The notes under the pieces were generated by a model. That model ran no database searches and was not told where the DNA came from. It saw only the letters and a program-made list of their open reading frames with translations. Source: Candidatus Nanohalarchaeota archaeon (GTDB taxonomy: Archaea; Nanohalarchaeota; Nanosalinia; Nanosalinales; Nanosalinaceae). Taken from it: DNA of 64,000 nucleotides. Below are positions 9,449 to 18,206 of this stretch, piece after piece; the first letter of the stretch is position 1; every line of letters starts with the position of its first letter. The stretch is taken from the NCBI GenBank assembly GCA_022729235.1, contig JALDAJ010000001.1, positions 128,001 to 192,000 on the forward strand, written 5' to 3'. The position numbers were made by a program, and so were the translations under genes.

Positions 9449-12400
9449 TCAGCCGACAGCCGCGCCGCCCTGGTTCATAACCTGCTTCACCTGCTTCTCT
9501 GAAAGAGCATAAGGATAGATACGGACATCATCTATCTTCCCACCAAAAGGCCTGGTACCCTCATCATCCTGTATACCAAATAGAGGTCCTCCCCCCGCAC
9601 CGAAGTCAATAGAGCTGATATCAGCATCTTCTCTTGTAACGACAGGTTCTCCATCCAGATAAACCGTCAAATCTGTACCATCAAAGCTGTAAACGTAGTG
9701 ATGCCACTGGTCGAAGCTCCATCCTACGGTCTCACCATCCTGTGAACCATCGACTGATACATACGCTCTTCCCTCCGAACTACCATCCACTAGCATCCTT
9801 ACGTTCTCCGAGCCGGTATTTCCACTGGACACTATACTACCCCATCCACTAGGATGAAGATCCGAATCAGCATAGAACCAAGTACTTAAGGCGAACTCAT
9901 AGTCCGGAATCTGTTCACCAGCTACATGAACACTATCTCCTTCTCCATCGAACTCCAGTGCAGCGCCGCGTTTGTCATCCATAATGAACTCCGCATCGTA
10001 ATTAGTTCCATGATTATCTTCACCGGACGTATCAAAAACAGGACTTGAAAAACTTAAGCTGTCGAACCATTCATAAACATGTCCATCGTTGTAACCCACT
10101 GAGCTGCATCCCGCATCACAGTTCTGAACTCTTATCCTTTCAATATTTGTATCATGCCGTAAAGTTCTCGTTCCTGTATGCGTGCTGTCTCCGTCCGCTG
10201 TTTCAAAGACGTAATCGTAAGTACCTTCCTCCCAGTTGAACTCCACATAGTATCTCGTCCAAGTGTCGTAATATCCTCCATAAAGTCTTTCACAAGTTTC
10301 TGGCGATTCGTCATCGAATACGCACCACTGCGGGTTATCATTATTGAGACCTAAAATCTCATTACCATAGCTATCATATAGGGCGATACCCGCACCTCTG
10401 CTTGAACTATCCGCCTGCCAGTAATACTCAAAGCTTTCTGGTCTTACACCACCTTCAAATCCTTCAGGAGTCTTGGACGCGAGAGCTATCGTACCGTCCT
10501 CAGGTAACTCGTCATCCATCCCGTATCCATCATCTTCCTCGGAAAATGTCTCAGTCATACCTGCCGAATAACCTTCAGCGTGCACCCGGTCAGTACGAAT
10601 CTCAAAATCATCATTGTGAACCTCCCAACCCTCTAAATTACCGACTTCAAAGACCTCATTCCACCTAGGCTCAAACCGCCAGTGACCGGCAGGACCCGCG
10701 TCTTCAGTTGGACCGAGGTTGTCTCGTCCCTGAGAGTAGAGATGCCAGATCTCTTCCTCAGATAGGGAGCGGTCGTGGATGCGGAAATCATCTATTTTTT
10801 GAGGATACTGCCAGTCTCTACCGTCCATCCGCCCTATCCAGTTTGAATCAGAAGTGGTCGTAGCAGATGAAGGCGCTGAATCACAGCCTAATTCTCTACC
10901 ATCCACATGTATACACATCTCACTTCCTCCTTCAAGAGTAGCTACTACATGCCGCCATTCATCTACTCGAACGGTACCCCCTCTTATGTAGCTACCATCT
11001 ACTGTCCATGAGAATTGCTCTCCTTCAGACTGATGAGGTCTCAAATAGAAGCTGTAACCGTCATCATTCCAGGTTCCCTCAGTAGCGTCAAGTATCGCCA
11101 CAAAATCACTATCAAATTCCGGTTTCACCCAGAAGGAAAGACTTAACTCAGTCATCTCTGAATTAATAGAATCATCGTTTTCAATCTCAACATAGCCGCC
11201 AGAACTCCCATCTCCATCAAACTCCAGGCATCTCCCGCTGACGCATTCATTACCTGTTTTCTCAACCGGTCCGTTCACGAGTTCACCGTGGTTCTCGCCC
11301 CCACTTTCATCGACCGCTATATCTCCGGTCATCCTATGCAACGCTTGAACTTCCGCCGACGCGAGGGCGCGATCGTAGATACGGACTTCGTCCATTTTAC
11401 CATCGAACCGGCGTACATCACCATATTGACCGAACTCTAAATCACCACTCAAGTCTAATTCTGTATCCACATCGTCAAAATAAGCGATCTCATTACCATC
11501 TACGTAAATAGAAGCCTCGCCATTATCTATTACAGCGGAAATATGTTTCCATTGTCCTTCAAGAGCATCATGAGGATAGGGCCATTGATGATTGTCATCA
11601 CCTATTCTTAATCTATGGTTGTCCTCATCCTCTCTTAAGTAAAGTGTTACATATTCATCCCAAGTTCCCCAAGTTACCAAAGATTTGTGTTCTTCTGACA
11701 ATGTGTTTTCTGAGGCTTTAATCCATAACGAAATAGTTAACTCGTTTGTATCCGGATCCAAACTCCCTATATCTATATAGTTATCATCGCCATCAAAACG
11801 AAGAGCCTTACCTAATCTTCCATCGGTCCACTGCGCGTCATTCATTATGGTTCCGTCATAATCATTCAACGAGGTATCGTACGCCGTATCACCCGAGCCC
11901 TCCTCAAAAGCCCAGTATCCTACAAGAGATGTATCCGAACAGCTCATGGTATCCGGTCTACCGCATAGCTCGACACGGTCAAAGGACTGATGAAGCACTA
12001 GACTCTCGTCATCGGGTCTCTGCGGCGGTTTACTGTCGCTGCCGAAACGGGAGGCTCCCTGCGCGTACTTCTGTTTGACTTCGTTCTCAGAAAGGCTATA
12101 AGGGTAGATAATGATATCATCAAGTATTCCTGGAAACGTTTCATACCCGTGATATCTGCCTACATATAGGTTTTCGTAGACAAGGTCATAGGAATTAGAT
12201 CCTGAATTAACCTCTTCACCATTCTTATACCAGGTCCACGTATCATCAACCATTACAAAAGTCCAATGAGTAAACTCAGTAGTATCTACACTTTCAGAGC
12301 TGGTAAATGTCTCTTGACCGAAAACCCGGAACTGCATCTCGCCATCATTATTTCTTACGCTCCAAGTATCAGTCACTCCGCCTGTAGATGCTACTCCCTG

Positions 12401-14068
12401 AAGACCGGTCCCCTCCTCAAAAGGTTTAGACCAGAAACTAACAGAGAATCTCTGCCCCATATCAAGACTACTTCCGTCCTCTATATCACCAACTTCTACA
12501 CGGGCATCATCACCATCAAACTCTAGAGCTGTTCCTCTATCCGTTTCAACCCACTCAGGACCGTTAACCAGTTCACCATGATTCTCATACATCGAAAGGT
12601 CACGGGCGATGTCTCCCCCTCCCTCGTTGAAACGCATGTCGAGTACTGCTCCACCGCGAGGCAGACCTGCCTCCCGGATGATCTCTTCCTGGGATAGAGC
12701 TTGGTCATAAATTCTGACGTTGTCTATCTTCCCGTTTAGGTAGTAACCACTACTGGAGTCAGAACCGATCCGAAGACTATTACCATGGTCTATAGACTTC
12801 CCTGCATAACTGTCTGTTTCGCCTATTAGTCGACCATTTAAGTAAGCTCTTGCTGTGGTCCCATCCCAGGTCATCATCGCATGATACCATTCGCCTTCTT
12901 CTATCTCATTGAAACGTAAGTCATCATGAATTCTTGAACCATCTTCAAAACCGATATTGTAAGATATATCTCTTTCACCGCTTTCCTCGTTAACGAATAT
13001 CCAATAACCTTCACCACTGTCCCTCGAGGACATAACCGAGTGCCACGAATCGCTATTATCCTCTTCAATCTTGAACCACCCTCCAAAGGCCAGTTCCGAG
13101 GGCTGAGGTGTCGCTGAAAAGTCTATATAATCATCGTTACCGTCAAAACTGTAACACCTCTCGACCTTGCAGTAAAGAGCGGTTTCCTGACTGGCGCCGT
13201 TCTGAGGCATACCATGGTTCTCGTTGCCGGACCGGTCGATTACTTCTCCGTTCTCGATGATGTTGAAGTCCATGTCAAGGACGGGTTGAGGGGAGTCATC
13301 CTCTTCAGCGCCAGAGATCGCTACTGATCCTTCGTTGTAGAGGGATTTTATCTCGTCCTCTGATAGGGCGCGGCTGTAGAGTTGAACGTTGTCTAAACTT
13401 CCTTCATAGGATGTATGAGCTCCTGAACTGTATGCGTTACCGATGTTGTTGAAAGTGAGACCTGTTGCTATTCCTCCTTCCTCCCCTATAAGCTCCCCGT
13501 TGTGGAAGGCAGCCATACTTCCATCGCCGTAAGACACCCAGGTAATCTTCTTGTATGTTCCATCAAATAAGCCGGGAGCTGATCCGAACGTCGTATAATC
13601 GCCGTCAGCGTCTCTTATGCGAACAGTCTCATCTGATCGCAGTAAAAGAGATTCTCCAACCGAACCTCTATCACCAAACCAGAAATGCCAAGAATCGCCA
13701 TGGTCTGAAGGATTAAACCATGCGGTGGCAGTCCACTCTTCACCGGAATCAAAGGATAAATCCGAATCGAGACTTACGTATTCTTCGTAGTCGCTACCTC
13801 CTTCAAACTCGAGCACCACTCCCCTCTGCGAGTCTTCGATCCATTGCGGGTCGTTGGCGAGGTTTCCATCATTATCTCCGGCGGAGTCATAAGCGGTGTC
13901 TCCGCCTCCCTCGTCAAACCTGTACTCCGCGACGAGGTCGCCGGAGCTCCCTGCCTGGAGTACCCCGGATGCCTGTATAAGACCTATGGATAAAACAACT
14001 AAGACAGCTAGTAACGCAGCTAGTTCGGTCTTTCTTTCCAGCAGCTTCCTGTAGTGTTGTTCAATCAC
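9449..14068 (-). CDS. Large secreted multi-LamG (ConA-like jelly-roll) adhesin, six LamG domains plus one inserted domain
   Basis: Repeated L/V..Y/W.FDEG.GD.A.D.SG..NHG ... G.IDDVRIY..ALS..EI..LY units after an N-terminal hydrophobic segment. Confidence 0.88.
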   Translation of the reverse strand: MIEQHYRKLLERKTELAALLAVLVVLSIGLIQASGVLQAGSSGDLVAEYRFDEGGGDTAYDSAGDNDGNLANDPQWIEDSQRGVVLEFEGGSDYEEYVSLDSDLSFDSGEEWTATAWFNPSDHGDSWHFWFGDRGSVGESLLLRSDETVRIRDADGDYTTFGSAPGLFDGTYKKITWVSYGDGSMAAFHNGELIGEEGGIATGLTFNNIGNAYSSGAHTSYEGSLDNVQLYSRALSEDEIKSLYNEGSVAISGAEEDDSPQPVLDMDFNIIENGEVIDRSGNENHGMPQNGASQETALYCKVERCYSFDGNDDYIDFSATPQPSELAFGGWFKIEEDNSDSWHSVMSSRDSGEGYWIFVNEESGERDISYNIGFEDGSRIHDDLRFNEIEEGEWYHAMMTWDGTTARAYLNGRLIGETDSYAGKSIDHGNSLRIGSDSSSGYYLNGKIDNVRIYDQALSQEEIIREAGLPRGGAVLDMRFNEGGGDIARDLSMYENHGELVNGPEWVETDRGTALEFDGDDARVEVGDIEDGSSLDMGQRFSVSFWSKPFEEGTGLQGVASTGGVTDTWSVRNNDGEMQFRVFGQETFTSSESVDTTEFTHWTFVMVDDTWTWYKNGEEVNSGSNSYDLVYENLYVGRYHGYETFPGILDDIIIYPYSLSENEVKQKYAQGASRFGSDSKPPQRPDDESLVLHQSFDRVELCGRPDTMSCSDTSLVGYWAFEEGSGDTAYDTSLNDYDGTIMNDAQWTDGRLGKALRFDGDDNYIDIGSLDPDTNELTISLWIKASENTLSEEHKSLVTWGTWDEYVTLYLREDEDNHRLRIGDDNHQWPYPHDALEGQWKHISAVIDNGEASIYVDGNEIAYFDDVDTELDLSGDLEFGQYGDVRRFDGKMDEVRIYDRALASAEVQALHRMTGDIAVDESGGENHGELVNGPVEKTGNECVSGRCLEFDGDGSSGGYVEIENDDSINSEMTELSLSFWVKPEFDSDFVAILDATEGTWNDDGYSFYLRPHQSEGEQFSWTVDGSYIRGGTVRVDEWRHVVATLEGGSEMCIHVDGRELGCDSAPSSATTTSDSNWIGRMDGRDWQYPQKIDDFRIHDRSLSEEEIWHLYSQGRDNLGPTEDAGPAGHWRFEPRWNEVFEVGNLEGWEVHNDDFEIRTDRVHAEGYSAGMTETFSEEDDGYGMDDELPEDGTIALASKTPEGFEGGVRPESFEYYWQADSSSRGAGIALYDSYGNEILGLNNDNPQWCVFDDESPETCERLYGGYYDTWTRYYVEFNWEEGTYDYVFETADGDSTHTGTRTLRHDTNIERIRVQNCDAGCSSVGYNDGHVYEWFDSLSFSSPVFDTSGEDNHGTNYDAEFIMDDKRGAALEFDGEGDSVHVAGEQIPDYEFALSTWFYADSDLHPSGWGSIVSSGNTGSENVRMLVDGSSEGRAYVSVDGSQDGETVGWSFDQWHHYVYSFDGTDLTVYLDGEPVVTREDADISSIDFGAGGGPLFGIQDDEGTRPFGGKIDDVRIYPYALSEKQVKQVMNQGGAAVG

Positions 14069-14077
14069 TTATCACCT

Positions 14078-16537
14078 TCACGTACATTGATCACCTATAC
14101 ACATCTCGCCACCGCTGCTTGTTACGGAGTTACCCTGTGTATCTATGTTGCTACTCGTGGTAAGTCCGTCCATCGTGAAGGAGTCAGAGTTATCTAGTTC
14201 GGTATCGGTGACCGAGTCAGACGCCAGTTCAGTAGTCCTTACCGCTCCGGAATCTATCTCCGAAGAACTTACACTGTCCATACCGGCTAAATCACCGGAA
14301 TCACTTATACTGGACAAGGAAATACTATCAACCTCAGAATCAGTAACAACCCCGCTCTCCAGAGAACCACCAGTAGTCAGATCATTAGCATCCACCCAGT
14401 CCACATTTATCGTGTCACCATCAGTAATACTTTCAGGATCAATACCGTCACCACCAGAAAGATCAGTATCACCACCAGCAGCCTCAATATCCGTACAAAC
14501 CCAGTTAGTACCGTCAAACCTCAAAATCTCATCACTACCACACATAGCATCAGACAACTCACTATCCGTGACGGAATCAGAGGCAAGCTCAGTACTTCCT
14601 ACCGCTCCTGACGCGATTTCGTTACTTCCTATACTTTCAGAGGCTACAGCAACATTATCACTGCTAATAGTTAAGGCATTACCTGTATTAACCTCCAGTT
14701 CTTCGTTGGTTCCGTCCCAGGAAAGACCTGAACCGTCCATCGAAGACTGAGCGATGTTCTCAACATTACCAAGCCCTACATCACTAGCAGAAACATCACT
14801 CTGATCAACACCGTCAAGATCTCCCCATCCGACACCAGTCAGACTGCCGTCCTCGCTAAGGTGAACGGCGCCACTGAAATCACTGATATCGCCGTCCGTA
14901 CCGAGGTCGTTTGCATCACTCCAGACAACCGTTAAAGTGTCACCGTCCGTGATACTGTCCGGATCAATACCGCTGCCTCCAGTCAAATCAGTATCACCAC
15001 CAGCAGCCTCGATATCGACACACCCCCAGTTAGTACCATCGAATTCCAGTATTTCGTCCTCATTACACATGGCGTCAGAAAGCTCGGAGGTACCTATACT
15101 GTCAGCATCGATCTCCGACGAACCTACAGTATCTAAAGCCGCTAAATCACCGGAATCACTGATGCTTGATAGTGAAATACTATCGACCTCAGTGTCAGTT
15201 ACCACGCCCGAGTCCAGGCTACCTCCTGTAGATAAATCGTTTGCATCAGTCCAGTCAACGCTCCACGTCTCCGCGGAACTACCATCATAACTGGAACCGG
15301 TCAGACCTGAGTCAGGACTCAAGGAACTCAGACTGACATCGTACTCCTCATTAGTACCGTCCCAAACCAGTTCATCACCGGCATGGTCACTGAGCGGTAT
15401 ATCATCCGCGTTAACCTCGCTCTGATCCATCGATGTGTCATCCCAGTCGATACCAGAGGGATCGACGTTCAACGTCGTGGAACCTCCTAACGCAACTTCA
15501 CCGCCACCAGTCAGGTGATCTCCTGAAGAATAAGTCACCGAGTCATCAACCAGTTCATCACTACCAACCTCATTACTCCCGATCTCACTAGAACCGACAG
15601 CACCACTAGAAATCTGACCAGAATCAACAATACCGGTTCCCGTAAGATCGCCTATATCAATAATATCGTTTCCACCCATGTCGATGTCGGCGCCTTCTCT
15701 CATGTTCAAGTCACCGGTCATCGTGTCTCCGTCAGTACTCACGTAGTCACCGGAAACCTCTCCTGATACATCCCTGCAGTTGTACGTACCGTCATCATCT
15801 ACACCCGCAACCACCTCTCCCGGATCACAGTCAGCAGCAAAAAAGTTCTCAATACTCTGACCACTCATATCCAGGTCAGCATTAGTCATTTCAAGTGTTC
15901 CTGGGAGATCTTCGGAAGTTCGGTAATTTATAGCCCCATAATCACCTTCCATATCCCGTATTTGAACAGGCTCATCTGGGTATGCTCGAATGCGATGCCC
16001 AACCCCTGAAACAAGATTAACGCCGATGATCCCCGCGTCATTGAAAATTTGCGTAGCGTCCGAATGCATACGGACTCGTTGTATCCCGCTACCATCCTCG
16101 ATAGACTGCCCTGTGCCAAGACGGAGATCACCACTAGGGATCTCAACGTCTCCACCTTCCTGGAACCGGGCGATGTCAACCGGGTCATCTCCAGATGTAT
16201 CGACTATCTCCAGGTCTCGTCCCTCGGTCTCTATCTGGTCGAGTTCTTTAAGTTCGCTGCCGGACATGTCGATGCCGTCGAATACCCTCCACTCGACCTC
16301 ACCAGAGTCCCAGAGCATGATGTCCTCTCCAACAGAGTCCTGGAAGACCAGATCTGATCCATCTGCTATCAGTGCATCAGTATGAACTCCGGAAATGTTG
16401 AAAATCTCTCTTTCAGACATGTTGAGATCCTTGTCTACCGGATCTATATGGCTGAGAGGGTGTCTAGGCTCTTCCTGCGCAACTGCCAGAGGTACGGCTA
16501 AAATTACTACAGCCAGGGTTACAGCTATCTTATTCAT
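14078..16537 (-). CDS. Secreted fibre-like repeat protein, paralogous in part to 5445..8801
   Basis: Signal peptide; shares DDDG.Y.CRDVSGEVSGDYVSTDGDTMTGDLNMREGADIDMGG and SITDGDT/SDAMC..DEILEFDGTNW repeats with 5445..8801. Confidence 0.72.
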   Translation of the reverse strand: MNKIAVTLAVVILAVPLAVAQEEPRHPLSHIDPVDKDLNMSEREIFNISGVHTDALIADGSDLVFQDSVGEDIMLWDSGEVEWRVFDGIDMSGSELKELDQIETEGRDLEIVDTSGDDPVDIARFQEGGDVEIPSGDLRLGTGQSIEDGSGIQRVRMHSDATQIFNDAGIIGVNLVSGVGHRIRAYPDEPVQIRDMEGDYGAINYRTSEDLPGTLEMTNADLDMSGQSIENFFAADCDPGEVVAGVDDDGTYNCRDVSGEVSGDYVSTDGDTMTGDLNMREGADIDMGGNDIIDIGDLTGTGIVDSGQISSGAVGSSEIGSNEVGSDELVDDSVTYSSGDHLTGGGEVALGGSTTLNVDPSGIDWDDTSMDQSEVNADDIPLSDHAGDELVWDGTNEEYDVSLSSLSPDSGLTGSSYDGSSAETWSVDWTDANDLSTGGSLDSGVVTDTEVDSISLSSISDSGDLAALDTVGSSEIDADSIGTSELSDAMCNEDEILEFDGTNWGCVDIEAAGGDTDLTGGSGIDPDSITDGDTLTVVWSDANDLGTDGDISDFSGAVHLSEDGSLTGVGWGDLDGVDQSDVSASDVGLGNVENIAQSSMDGSGLSWDGTNEELEVNTGNALTISSDNVAVASESIGSNEIASGAVGSTELASDSVTDSELSDAMCGSDEILRFDGTNWVCTDIEAAGGDTDLSGGDGIDPESITDGDTINVDWVDANDLTTGGSLESGVVTDSEVDSISLSSISDSGDLAGMDSVSSSEIDSGAVRTTELASDSVTDTELDNSDSFTMDGLTTSSNIDTQGNSVTSSGGEMCIGDQCT
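15671..15779. repeat. Second copy of the block at 8403-8511
   Basis: Direct comparison with 8403-8511. Confidence 0.9.
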
Positions 16538-16595
16538 CTATAGGCGCCTAATCTAGGTTCCTGAGGCTTGAATAAAAAGATTCAGGAAAACACAA

Positions 16596-17204
16596 TCATT
16601 CCTCGATATCATAGTTACAACCGGTGAACTCCTCTATATCCTCGATCTCGTTGACTCCTTCAAGCACCGATCCTCCGAGATAGAATCCCGGTATACGTTC
16701 AACTCCTCTATCCTGCGCCTCCTGGAGGTTTTCTTCATCGTTGATATCACGGTAGATATCAGAGACTACCTGTGTTCCACCAAGAAGCTGGATCTGTAGC
16801 TGTGTCTCCTGCTGCGCGATGTTTCCATACATCACAACGTTGTTCTCATCAAGGCATTCCGCAAAATCCTCCTGAGCAGCCATGACCTGTGTCGCCCTGT
16901 CGATATCGGTCAGAGCGTTCTCCGGTGCAAGCATCGAACCATCGCGTGTCACATAGAAAGTGGATAAACGGTCGTCAGGCGTCCTGACATCGACCCGGTA
17001 AAGCTCGTTCTCCGACTCTACTCTGATAAGCTCTAGCTCTTGATCAGTCTGCTGCTCCAGTGTTGAAATCACTTTTTCACCTGCCTGGTCTTCGGATATA
17101 CTGTCGAGACCTGTGAGGGCATAAGTAGCTGCTGCACCTATAGCAAGCCCGACAACAAGAAACGTGGCGAGCATCTGGCGTTGAGAAAAGTTTAGGTCAG
17201 GCAT
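16596..17204 (-). CDS. Membrane-anchored DsbC/thioredoxin-fold-like protein lacking CxxC
   Basis: TM, then a DsbC-N-like LYRVDV...FYVTRDG segment, then ECL.ENNVVMYG...GVERIPGF...LEGV...IEEFTGC; NIAQQET occupies the usual WCxHC position. Confidence 0.6.
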   Translation of the reverse strand: MPDLNFSQRQMLATFLVVGLAIGAAATYALTGLDSISEDQAGEKVISTLEQQTDQELELIRVESENELYRVDVRTPDDRLSTFYVTRDGSMLAPENALTDIDRATQVMAAQEDFAECLDENNVVMYGNIAQQETQLQIQLLGGTQVVSDIYRDINDEENLQEAQDRGVERIPGFYLGGSVLEGVNEIEDIEEFTGCNYDIEE

Positions 17205-17282
17205 AACGCAACCTTGGGTAACAGTATTTTTAACACCTGTGTATACTTCGATTTTAATAACGAGCCCAGCCGATTTTTAGAC

Positions 17283-18206
17283 ATGTGGAAAATCCCTGTC
17301 GCAGTAACCATCATCTTCCTGCTGATGCCATTAGCCGCATCTGAATCCAGCCTTGATTCGATGATAGCAGAGTCCTGCCCGGATGATTACGAACCGGTTA
17401 TCTCGATGGCTGCGCCAGACAAGACTTATAGCCATCCTGGACCACCAGACTTCTTCCAGTACAATTTATGCGTCCAGGGGATAACAGAGACCAGAATCGC
17501 ACACGAGTGCACGGGAAATGAAGGATTCTACCTACACAGCAACAATACCGATTACGCGCACTTCTCAATGCACTCTACCTACAACATACCTGTATGTACA
17601 GACCAGATGGTTACACAGGTAAGAGACTCTTGCCAGCAAAACCAGACCTCTCTTTTCTCAGTTTCAAGCGAGCATAACGCCCACGTTGCCTCTCCAGGAG
17701 TATTCGATAACGAGGTGTGCGGGTTCTTCCAGCCTCCGGAAAACGTGACGCTGAGCATGGAGTTCAACCTGACATCAAGCGACGATGTGTACTTTGATGA
17801 ACAGACTGTAGATGAGGGAGAACAGTACCTGGCCGAATTCCCCTACATAGTCTCGGAAGGCGATAATCACGTCGCAGGGATAGTTGCGGACGACATGATA
17901 AAAGTCGAGAGACGTGTCGGACAGGAAAACAGAATCTCGATGGAACGCGACACAGGAGAATTCCTGGTGCCTTTCACACATGGGGACCATCTTAACGTAG
18001 AGAGACGGCAAGAACTTATACTAGAAAACGAGTTCATGGAGCAACTGCTTCCAAGTTTCGGGTTCTTCATGCCAGAACAGGCACGGATAAAGACAGCTCT
18101 TGACACCGAGGTCATCATAGACTCAGGTATAGAGCTTGACCGGGGTTCCCACACCATCGAAATCACCAAAACCGGTGAGAACCAGGTAACTATAGAACAG
18201 AAATGA
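17283..18206 (+). CDS. Secreted Cys/His-repeat hypothetical protein
   Basis: Signal peptide from ATG 17283; three C...S...(N/Y)(A/S)H......(Y/F)...C repeats. Confidence 0.65.
   Translation: MWKIPVAVTIIFLLMPLAASESSLDSMIAESCPDDYEPVISMAAPDKTYSHPGPPDFFQYNLCVQGITETRIAHECTGNEGFYLHSNNTDYAHFSMHSTYNIPVCTDQMVTQVRDSCQQNQTSLFSVSSEHNAHVASPGVFDNEVCGFFQPPENVTLSMEFNLTSSDDVYFDEQTVDEGEQYLAEFPYIVSEGDNHVAGIVADDMIKVERRVGQENRISMERDTGEFLVPFTHGDHLNVERRQELILENEFMEQLLPSFGFFMPEQARIKTALDTEVIIDSGIELDRGSHTIEITKTGENQVTIEQK

Noticed and set aside
5445-16537. Diversity-generating retroelement (TR/VR pair)
   Set aside because: The repeat copies differ at mixed, mainly synonymous positions rather than at adenines only, both lie inside ORFs, and there is no reverse transcriptase in the window.
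4008-17204. Provirus or contractile injection system
   Set aside because: Fibre-like motifs are present, but there is no capsid, portal, terminase, sheath, baseplate or integrase gene, and the proteins carry export signals.
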